A program made the translations under genes and the position numbers. The notes beneath the pieces are model-generated. The model saw only the letters and a program-made list of their open reading frames with translations. It was not told the origin of the DNA and made no database searches. DNA of 64,000 nucleotides from Laetmonice hystrix (taxonomy: Eukaryota), in contig OZ249445.1 in NCBI GenBank assembly GCA_965235115.1, positions 11,036,001 through 11,100,000 of the forward strand, written 5' to 3'. Below are positions 40,787-51,123 of the stretch, one piece after another. Every line of letters begins with the position of its first letter. Position 1 is the first letter of the stretch.

Positions 40787-41929
40787 ATGACATCGATTAT
40801 GAATACCCGACGAAGAATCCTAGTATTCTTTTTTGCCATAGCATTTGGACTGACCATACTGGTCACTCGTTTGAACAATTCCTTTCAGGCGGGTAAAACA
40901 TCCTCTGACGGTATTTCTGGGCCACAGGTCGAAAGCGATTTGGACCAATTATTACAAACCACCTTGTCAGAAACGTATGATGGTACGCCTCTAGAACCGA
41001 CAGAAGATATGGTCAGCGATAACGAGTTCAAGACGCTTATTGAACGTTCATTTAAAGGACCTGTGTGGTCAGGAATTCTTGGAAGAAACAATACTGTGTT
41101 CTATGAGGGGAACACAACGAATCAAACGAACGCCATCATAATGAAGCCAACTGTCAGTGCCAGACGGTACGACAGGCAAGTGGTACCTAATATAGTACAT
41201 TATATCTGGTTCGGCACGCGGCGTCGGTTTGAATTCCTCTACTACCTGAGTATATTAAGCGTCTACATGATTCAGCGTCCTGAGGCCATCATGTTCCACC
41301 ACAACGCCATGCCGAACGGATGGTGGTGGGACAGTCTCCGTAAACGAGTACCACTCACTCTGGTCTACCGCAGTCCCCCGCCTACCGTGTTCAACCAGAA
41401 CCTGAACACCTCCGATCCCTACACTCCATACCACCAAGGGGACCTCGCCAAGCTCGAGGTGCTCATGGAACATGGTGGCATCTATATTGATCTGGACGTC
41501 CTCGTCCTCAAAAACTTCCAACCCCTCTTTCACTACGACATGACCTTGGGCAAGGAACATCTGCCCAAGTTTATAGCAGGCATAATAATTGCAAGAAAAA
41601 ACGCGCATTTTCTGCATCTATGGTATGAATCCTACAAGGACAACTATATGAACGACTTGTGGGATTACAATTGTGGGAATGTACCGTATTTCCTGTACTG
41701 TGTACACCCTTCCCTCCTACACGTGGAGCCGCGCCGTCTGACCACGCCAGACTGGTTGGATCGCCACCTACTGGTGGAGGAGGTCATTGACTGGCGAGAA
41801 CAGGGGCTCTACGTCCTGCACGCCATGAGCCACGCCTGGTCGGACAGGTTAACTCCTCAAAACATTCAACCCCAAAACTCAACCCTCACTCAGGCAGCAT
41901 GGTTTATATACTCAATGTCAGAATCATAG
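40787..41929 (+). CDS. GT32-family (DXD sugar-binding motif) glycosyltransferase, alpha-1,4-GlcNAc/Gal transferase-like, 380 aa, type II membrane protein
   Basis: Basic N-tail plus TM helix (RRRILVFFFAIAFGLTILVTRL), then a stem region. Family motifs VPNIVHYIWFG and DLAKLEVLMEHGGIYIDLDV (DXD = DLD). The CDS is in a single exon. Confidence 0.9.
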   Translation: MTSIMNTRRRILVFFFAIAFGLTILVTRLNNSFQAGKTSSDGISGPQVESDLDQLLQTTLSETYDGTPLEPTEDMVSDNEFKTLIERSFKGPVWSGILGRNNTVFYEGNTTNQTNAIIMKPTVSARRYDRQVVPNIVHYIWFGTRRRFEFLYYLSILSVYMIQRPEAIMFHHNAMPNGWWWDSLRKRVPLTLVYRSPPPTVFNQNLNTSDPYTPYHQGDLAKLEVLMEHGGIYIDLDVLVLKNFQPLFHYDMTLGKEHLPKFIAGIIIARKNAHFLHLWYESYKDNYMNDLWDYNCGNVPYFLYCVHPSLLHVEPRRLTTPDWLDRHLLVEEVIDWREQGLYVLHAMSHAWSDRLTPQNIQPQNSTLTQAAWFIYSMSES

Positions 41930-42568
41930 ACATCACCACCTTCAGATTTATCAGCATTTATATCTCAGTATGTTATATATAATAGAAAGGTCAACCGAGG
42001 TCACACCACGGAGACATGGACGCGCACATTTGTACACATGTATAACATAACTATGTGCATTACATATATGATAATATAGCAGTAGTGTGACGTACATAAC
42101 CTACTTACCTAATTCATCATTAATTATAAAACATCAAAATATTATACCAATATGATCCTGTTGATCAATGAAAACATATCTTCCCCTTCATTGTCTGTTA
42201 CATAATAATGCTTTAATACAGGTACATGTACCTATTACTTAGGTATATCCTATTACTGCAAAACTCAAGGAAATACTGGGGACGAGATAAAGTTAAGTAT
42301 GAGATAACTTAGGCTAGTATGGATATAATATATTATAATATACTGACAGGTGAAGCCAGAAGGTCCACTCCACAGTTATAGTAAGGTACAAGTCTGTGAC
42401 ATCATCGACGAAAGGTGATCCACGAATCCTGAAACATACCGAATTAATCCTTTTGCACTTTCCGCAAATAAGTATGAAAGAAATCATGTACATTGTATTC
42501 TAAATGATCAGACAACTGGAATAAATACACCTGTTTACAAGTCATCCATCTGCAGGCTGTCTTCATGG

Positions 42569-45500
42569 TTACCGATCTACAGGTAAGAAATCCCCTCTCC
42601 TATTATCTTCAATAATTCCGTCTATAACCAGATGTCCATAGAGTGGCAATATTTACCTGCCGGCCCGGAGCGGTATACCAGTTTTAGCGTACTCGGTTGG
42701 ACCCCCTGGCCCGCCCTACCAGTGACCACCACCCACACAGTCGGGGGCAGATTGACGAACGCCATGCCCAGATCATCCGTGTCACCAGAGGGCGACACTG
42801 CAGCAAAACCCACCGAGCAGTTCCCGGTCGGCGAGAAAACTACCGTCATCCTTAAATGGGACAACGTGCGAAGGTCATCGCCTTCAAACAGAACCGTCAT
42901 CAATAATCATTTTTATGTGGTGAAAAAAAAATACCGAAAAATCAACTGGCATATATTTGGTAGAAATATTCCCCCCCAAAAAGTAGCATAAACCAACGAG
43001 TATAGAAACAGAGTAAACAAATCTCATCGTTATACACAAACACATAGCTCTCGTTACGAAATCCTAAAACACGAAGTCTGGTCGTTTTCCAATATAAATA
43101 CGGGTTTCGAAGCTTACCTGTGTGGGAGAAGGTGAACGGATACCTGCCGAGACATGTATGTGCATGTATACGTGTACCTTCGTCCACTCTCCACGCCCAC
43201 GAATGGCAATCACTTCCAACCTCCGACGGTGACGAGATGAGATCGTTATGGGATCCGGCTGCTACTGTTGAATACAAACATACAGAAAGGATTATCAGCC
43301 GCTCTCTCATTGTACATTCTCACTGTCTATTCTTTCATTCTCCTCCTTCTACTCCTCATATCATCTCTCCAGCTGTCCCACTTTATCTTTCTATGCAATT
43401 TTCTCTCCTCATTCTCTCATTTATCTTTTTACGTGTCTCTCCATCCTTGTATACCTCCCACTTTCTACTGATTTCCCATTAATTCTTGGCCGGGCTTGAC
43501 TTACCAAATCCTACCGTCAGATGTTGGACGTTTTCAATGAAAACATCAATGCTGTGTTTGGATAAAGAGAGTGGCAACGCGCTGATAACGGCTTGGAGGT
43601 CCGTACTTGTCAAAGTAACTTCATTCTCAGCGCCCTGCACAAAACGTAGACCATAACATCAATATACCATGTGGCAGTCTATGATCCTCATACAATTATT
43701 GTATCAGGGGTATTATGGAAACTGTCACTTTACGAAGGTATCGGGTTAACATGCCTCACACTCTATATCATACCGGAGACAGCCGAACGCCCGACGACAT
43801 CAACCCCCAGCTAAAGTTTGCCACGTGTTTTTCATCCAGTGCCCGGACCCCTGACGTTGTCGTTAGCCGACTGTTTATACTCAGGAAGTTCACGAAGTCT
43901 TCAATGTCGAAATTTCGTAGCTTTCTGACCGCCGCTAGTGTCTCTTCCACGTAAGCTTCAACAACACATGGAATAAATAACTGTCAGTAATTGGTGCAGC
44001 ACGCAGAGAAATGGCGACTTTTCTAAACTAAAGGGGGCTTTAAATAAAGTGTAGCTGGATCATAAAATCTCAAGGGCATGCTGTCCCTCAGCTGTGGACA
44101 CTGTTAGTAAAACTGACAGAAACCTACCTCTGGGTCCGCTGATATAGTCAATAGTAACGGGAAACACGCCTCGACCATTGAAGAGAACAAAAGGGTAGAA
44201 GTCACGGCCAAACATCGGCACCGCTACGTCTACATCGTACAGGGTCCCTTTGTGTTCAAACGACAACCTCCGAGTCTGAGTATGGAAAATTAGGTCAAGG
44301 CCTTCACGGAAGTCAATGTCCACGCCCGCTGGTTCTGTCGGGTCTCTCCACTCTTAATACCTGATGATGTAACAGAGGATTGGTGACAAGCGGATTGAGG
44401 AGACAGAGTTCATACTCGGGGAAAACTTTCACTTTACGAACGCGTAAACACCCGCCGCAGGTAATGAGTTGTAAAGTTGTAATGACTGCTAAAGGAACTG
44501 AGTAATACACTATCCAAAGTGTGTATATAAGTACTTCAAGACCGTTTGCCAGACTTTACATTGGTACTAAGAATACGTTCATTATAGTTCTCACACCTAC
44601 TCTACAATCTCAAACAGACACACCTACATGCACACACCCACAGAAATCAAACCGTTGAATTTACCGGCTGATGGGAAGGGGTGTTTGGAGTCACCAGTCC
44701 AGAGCAGTGCCCTCGCAGGCTCCCATCCCCAGGCGTGGCGTCCTAGCTGGGTCAGCGAGAAACCGTAATTAAATGTCCTGTGCTCCCCGTTCACTGGTAG
44801 AAAACATAATACAAATTAGAGTAACTCGAGTCCTAGTAACATCATCTGGACAATGACAGTTAAGGAAATTACACTGCGTTCTGTTTATTTTTTTCTTTTC
44901 ATACCCTCATGATCATCTAAATACAGGCGTTTTGGGGCTTTTACGGCGACCATATTTGGGCGTTTGGACGTACCCATGCCAACAACCAAGTTGTTCCTCC
45001 CCTCGCCGTCCAGCTGGTCGTCACCACCCGCTGTAGTGGTACTAGTAGTAGTATGCCATACTAGCTCGCGCAGCCGCCATCGGTGTTTGCCATACGTGAC
45101 ACCCTTTCGACTTCTCACGGCCTGTTTGATGTCGGAGTGAATTGATTCAGTCCAATAATGGTGTTTAATATCTCTGTAATCGAATCTGGGGGTAATCATG
45201 GCGGGCACAATCATGTGTAGTGAACGCCCTGTTATATGTTGAGAGGGGGCAGTTTTAATTGTACGAAAGGCGATGACTCGGGCCTCTTAAATCACCTGGC
45301 TGTGTCCAATCTGCAAATGATCTAAATTTCTCTTGAAATCTAATAATTAATCTATCTGAATAAATCACATCTCTCATATAACTATTCTCGTTAAATGACC
45401 CTGTATAGATCGACAAGGAACCCGCTCACCCGCCAGGCCAGGGGCTGGTTATTAACGATATCGATAAATTACATAGGAGCCAATGAGAGCCCAACTGGTC

Positions 45501-48500
45501 ATTAACTAGTGGCCTCCCATTCACTTCTATAATAACTTAACGATATCGTTAATAACCAGACCTTAGTAAGACAGGCCCCTGGAAGGGTATATACCTGAAA
45601 CCCGCCAGCCCAGGACGAGTATGTACCTGAAACCCGCCAGCCCAGGACGAGTATGTACCTGAAACCCGCCAGCCCAGGACGAGTATGTACCTGAAACCCG
45701 CCAGCCCAGGACGAGTATGTACCTGAAACCCGCCAGCCCGGGAAGGGTATGTACCTGGAACTTTGGTACCTGGAGATTGGAGCGGAAGTCGGGGATAGCG
45801 ATGTACGGTGTGCCAGGGTGGAGGAGGACCCGAGAGGCCTTCATGATCCGATCCCAGCCGTGACACAACCTCAGTAAATACTGCTCTTCCTCTGACAGCA
45901 TGCTCACATCCACTGTATCCTCCTCCTCCTCTTCATCCTCCTTCATGTCGCCATCCACGTTTCCATGTAGTGCCGCGTGTTTGGAGCTCACGTTTCCATG
46001 TAGTGCCGCGTGTTTGGAGCTCACGTCATCTTTAACAAGTGGACCATCGTTTACGATTTCAGGACCAGTCTCAAGTTCTTGGTCCAACCCTTGCGGGTTC
46101 TCCACCAAACTTGCCTCATCCACCTCCTTCGAAATCGGTGTGAAAGGATGAGTACTGTCTCTGATGACAACCTCATGGTCTTTGATACGTGACTCGTCGT
46201 CTGTCAGGAGTTGTTCCGTGACTTCCTGAGTGTGGGAGTTAAAGACGGGGGACGTTGATGGTCCACCGTGGGTCCCTCCTCAACGGCCCGATTGGTCGGA
46301 ACCAGGACTGTAGACGTCTGTTGGTGGTCACCGGTATGGGCAACTTTCCGAATGACCACCTCCGTGTGTGGGTACACCAACCCAACGGCTGGGTACAACG
46401 GACCGCAATCAACCAGACCTACAATCAATGGGACAGTTGCCTTCATTTTATAACATGATATAGAATAACATATTTTGTTTCTTTTGTTCCAAACTGATGT
46501 TACTCTAGTCCCAGGCTTAGGCCTAATAATCATTTGCCAATAACTGCTTAAAGTTAACTCGGAAATAAGACTCCAACATTACAGGAGAGTTACCGGTAAA
46601 TGCTGTTTTCGGAGCCGACCCATCGCCGAAGTCGAAGGCTAAGGTTCCATCATCCAGGTCGAGAATGAGACAAATAGTGTTGGGGATGTCGGCCATATCC
46701 CATCCCAACCGGCCGAGCTCGTCACCGCCATACAGGAGTGTCCGTGAGGGGATGTCCCAACACCAGCTGTTCGAGTCCTGGCCCAGGAGGTCCATGTACC
46801 CTGTAACAATCCACACTCAGGTTCACTCTCAGTCACACACCGCAACCTTAATCTCCTCAAACTTCTGTTATCTTTATTAGATGGGTTACGGCAGGACACT
46901 AAACAAATAATAAGGCACAAATGGATACATCCTCATATAAGGGTATAGCAATACAGACAGCTAGTCTGTCTGATTTGTGGTTAGATAAAGACGTGGATAG
47001 TGAACCAAGGACGGGCCGACTCACCATTTCTTTGCATGGCGGTCTGACGTGTACACACTCCTACACTACAATGGCTGCCCCATGAGTTTGCTGTGAACGT
47101 TAATTCAAATATATGTTTTCCTTGTGTGAAGCCAACGCTGCCTCGTGCACCGTCAGAGGATTTCTTAGCATGAGATCTCACAATCGTGTCGGGCATGTTG
47201 TTGAGCACGATGATGTTGGAACTGTGCTCTTCTAGGTCCCAAGTATACAATCCTTCATCGGAGGAAGAGCCTGTCCGTGAACAACCAACATGAATTCATC
47301 GTAAGCTCACCGTAATGAGTTTTTGACATAATCATATCGTTTTATCCTCAATACTTTTAGGCTTATGAATATTCTTTTCAATTCACATAATACAGTATAT
47401 ATAACTTAGGACCTCACTCACCACTTCCTGTCCCACTGAGGTCATTCTGCGACTCTCCATTTCCACCCATTGCAGGACAAGAATATGATGGGGGACGTTC
47501 GCTGACCGGAGAACTGCTGGTATCTCCAGGAGGGTGGGATGATGAACGTCTTGGTGGTCCAAGACCTGCATCAGTCAAACTATCAGGACTACTGCCCACT
47601 GTAGGTCCCGTCATATTGGTGTCTGTGGCGTGTTTGCCGACTGACAGAGGCCTCTCGTTGTTTTGTAGTGGAGCAGTCTCCCCAGCAGACTCCACTGAAA
47701 GGTGCTGTAAGCATGCACTCCTGGATACCTGTTGTTGGTCGGCTGTCCTTCTCTCATCATCTCCTTCAATCGTCTTTCCCACTCCATCCTCTTGGATTCC
47801 CTTGGTATTCAGGGCAAACAGTTCAAGTGTGTCACTCGCCCATCCCTCCCTACCGTCTCCATCACCAACAGGAGTAGATTCTGACTCGGACACTTCACTA
47901 ACGTTACAATCTAATTAAAATGACATCTTGGTATTCCCCGTCTCTCTCGGCTGTGCCAGTGCTGCCAGCAGTTCTAGTATGGAGCGCATGTGAAATAACT
48001 GAGATCTAATTTGAATGAGATTGCTAACGTTAAAGCTGACCTGATCAGGAATGTGAGTATCCACTCACCCGGTGTAACGGTTTCAAATTCCCTCCCAGGA
48101 ATTTGAAATCGTTTTCAAATTCCCGGGGAGGAATTTGAAAATCGTTTTCAGATTCATCCCTCCATTTTCAAATTCCCCCCTAGGATTCTGAAAATGTTTG
48201 CAATTTTCCCCACGAGATTGTGAAAAACGTTAATACGTTAATTGGGAAAGGGTTAGGGCTAGGGTTAGGTTAGGGTGAAAATGAACGGTCAGTAAAATGA
48301 ATGGAGAGAAACAAGCTGGCAAAAGATATCTAGGCCCAGGACCTACCCCCCTACATGTGGTGAAGTAAGAAGGACAAAAAGGATCGACATTTAAAATTAG
48401 TCATAAAATAATAATGTAGGCCTATATTTTATTTATAAACGTAAAACGTTTTCAAGTTCCTTAAGGGGGAGGGGAGTTAAATCGCGGGAGGGAATTTGAA

Positions 48501-49812
48501 AACGTTTTCAAGTTCCCGGGGGGGGACTTGAATTGAACTTGAAATCGTTACACCGGCACACGAGCCCTGCACACAACCCGCGGACCCCCGGCTCCGCTCC
48601 AGGGCCTCCGACTAATAGAGTCAGCTTATGCGTGTTCTTGTTGTGACTTGTTGATCATTAAACACTCTATATTACTAAAATCGGTGTTCCCTCTACTGTC
48701 TTGAGGCCTATATAACTGTATAAGTTAACTCTCCGCCCGCCTGATTGCATGCCTGCCATAACACTGACATTGACAAGTAAATCCTTGTTTTATAGGCCCA
48801 TAGAACTGTATACAGGATAACTGCTAACTTACTATCTCCACTTAACCACAAGTTACTACAACCATTTCCCCTCTACTAATAGTAGAGTCTATCAGTCTAG
48901 AAAAGTCCGTTCGAATGTATGGGCTACAGTCGCCCCCCCCCCCCCTCACACACACACACCGCCTCGCTCGAAGCGCACTATGCTCGCGCTCGATTTGCTC
49001 AATTTGCGGAGAAATTAGGTCCACTTTTAATTCTTATATTTATAATTATATACTTAGCTACATTCTCTGCAATTCTGGGAATCCTGTAATGGATTTTTGT
49101 TAGTGGTATGCATATTCAAAGAAATTCGAAATTATATAAGGAAAATTCAACTATTTTTGTGTTTTCTTAACTTTGTATTGTACGTTTTAACTAAGAAATA
49201 TGTAATAGTAATAACTGATAATAATATAGATTGATGTTTAATATCTTTGTTAGACACAGCTGAATTTTCAAAACCAAATTGCTAAATCTTCATTAGATAA
49301 AAATTACAAAAGTAAAAAAGTAATTATCAAAATAAATATTTCAACTGACACATTACTTTATGTCCTCTAACTCAAAATTAAGTATGGTCCCGTTTTTTTA
49401 AACTTACTTTCAAATTTTACAGTAGTTGAGGAATATTATGTAAAAATTTCACGATGATGTAATGGATTTCAAATTTTGAGGAGATACTTACATTCTTAAT
49501 GTTCTCGTCTGTCTGACTACTCCTGTCCTGGTGAGCGTCCAGTGCAGTGACCTCACTATCCTGGCGTTTTGTGAGACGTTTCCTCCTCCTTTTTGACCTC
49601 TTTGTCCGTCCAATCCTCTCCTCCCCATCGGTATGACGTAACTCTTTGCTCAAGGCTGCACTCCCAGGCCGGATCTGTTCGTCAAATTCAGATTTCTGTC
49701 TGACTTGTGTCCGTTGGTGTCCAGAGTTTGTTCGCCCGCTTGTTGTTGAGGCCGTAGAGGCAGAGTCCACGTCGGATAGTATTTTCTCTGACACGTCCAC
49801 GTCCATGACCAT
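42569..49812 (-). CDS. Multi-exon gene with a disordered N-terminus and three SPSB/gustavus-like SPRY (B30.2) domains, about 1035 aa; possibly a disrupted allele or pseudogene
   Basis: Exons (minus): 49812-49492, 48611-48560, 47910-47422, 47270-47025, 46800-46594, 46418-45770, 45121-44905, 44360-44128, 43955-43774, 43634-43505, 43264-43118, 42881-42657, 42576-42569. All introns are GT-AG with matching phases once two 1-nt frame breaks (about 46250 and about 44355) are allowed. SPRY1: YTWDLEEHSSNIIV...SSDGARGSVGFTQGKHIFEL...SVGV...GQDSNSWCWDI...ICLILDLDDGTLAF...LYPAVG. SPRY2: HGWD...QAVRSRKGVTYGKHRW...LDLIFHTQTRRLSF...FYPFV. SPRY3 is more divergent: FSWG...KHSIDV...LTVGFG...HSWAW. Confidence 0.72.
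45580..45760. repeat. 32-bp minisatellite, about 5.5 copies, intronic
   Basis: Unit AGGACGAGTATGTACCTGAAACCCGCCAGCCC, four perfect copies plus variant flanking copies. It starts about 10 nt inside the intron after the 45770 donor. Confidence 0.95.
45957..46026. repeat. 33-bp in-frame exonic tandem duplication (SSKHAALHGNV x2)
   Basis: CACGTTTCCATGTAGTGCCGCGTGTTTGGAGCT repeated twice within the SPRY1-SPRY2 linker. Confidence 0.9.
48069..48556. mobile_element. 488-bp non-autonomous DNA transposon (MITE) with 3-bp TSD
   Basis: TIRs CCGGTGTAACGGTTTCAA / TTGAAATCGTTACACCGG. TSD CAC at 48066-48068 and 48557-48559. Subterminal GGAATTTGAAA/TTTCAAATTCC repeats and a central GGGTTAGGGCTAGGGTTAGGTTAGGG at about 48250-48276. 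Confidence 0.9.
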
Positions 49813-50860
49813 GTGCACTGGGAACTGGTCTTTCGGACGTACCCCCGTATACTGGCTCTATCATCAGAGAGGTACGCACAGGTCTACTGCTCAGATGCAT
49901 TAATCTTGAATTGAAAACATATGTACTTTGTAATTAGTGAAATGTAGCATACTAATTTTGCCTTATTGAAAGCCACCTATACTCGATATTCAGCTTACAT
50001 GTATAAGTTTAGTTGTAATGATTCGAATCAAACGCCCGGCTCCAGGATAAGACGACGATAAAATATCTTACCTGTAATAAATTTTCTCGACTTCCAGGTT
50101 GAGATAAGAATAGCTTGACGACACACCTCGGCCTACACATAATAGTTGACACTGTTGTATACCACATACATGCACGCTAACAATTGTAAGTAGGCAAGTT
50201 GTATGGCTTTGCATGCACAATAATTTCTGTCGGTCTCCGTGTAAATCCGACTATGTAAATTAACACTGACTGTGTCCTCGCTTCAGTATACGCCAATGTG
50301 GTTGACAGGTTCCACCTTCAAAATCTGTGTGCCAAATAGTGATTTGCCTATACTTTAGGCCACCCAGGTAATGTGTAAGGTGTGACAAATATCCCAGGTT
50401 CAGCACTATTATTCTCGCCGACTGTGTGAGGTGATCTTTAAATTAACGCTAATGGTTTGAAAAGGGTTTCAATCAGCAAGGTCACAGACGTAAGGTCACA
50501 GACAATGACAGAAGAGTACCGCGATTGCCGCACTCGTCGCGAGACCGGTCTCTACTTGTAAACCTGGAGTTGGTCAATATTTACATGTCACCAAGCACGG
50601 CGCCTATATCCCATTACCGCACTTAGAGTGATCTTTGATCAAAGCTCTATATATGGCCTCGTGGCAGCCACCTATGTATAACTGTGATACGAGATTACAT
50701 GGCGGGGACATTGGGTTAGGGCCAACTTTCTGGGATTTTCGGGTCGTGTGAAATTGACACAATCTTACTGCGGCAGCCTTTCAAGTATTTTACTTACCGG
50801 ACGCACACGTGAGGAATAGGCATCGAGATCGACGCCCGGAACAACATGACACGTATACAT

Positions 50861-51123
50861 CAGTGGCGGATCCAAGGGGGGGGGGGGGGGCAAAAGGGCC
50901 ATGCCCCCCCCTAAAATTTTTCTAATGTACCAAATTGCACCATTTTTTTCAAAATTTTCTAAGGGAGGCCCCAGACCCCGCCGATGGGAGGGAATATCCC
51001 TCACACCGGTGGCGTCCCCCACCGGCTAGCGCCCGCCATATAGACTACAACACCAAATTTCAGCTGGATGAAATCAACTTTGCCCCCCCCCCCCCCCAAA
51101 CGAAAATCCTGGATCCGCCCCCG
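50861..51123. mobile_element. MITE with CAGTGGCGGATCCA / TGGATCCGCCCCCG termini (hAT-like by recalled resemblance)
   Basis: Imperfect TIRs, poly-G/poly-C subterminal tracts, and TACAT directly flanking both ends (50856-50860 and 51124-51128). Confidence 0.75.

Noticed and set aside
45580-45760. Regular repeat array as a possible CRISPR-like locus
   Set aside because: The units are directly adjacent with no unique spacers, in a eukaryotic intron: an ordinary minisatellite.
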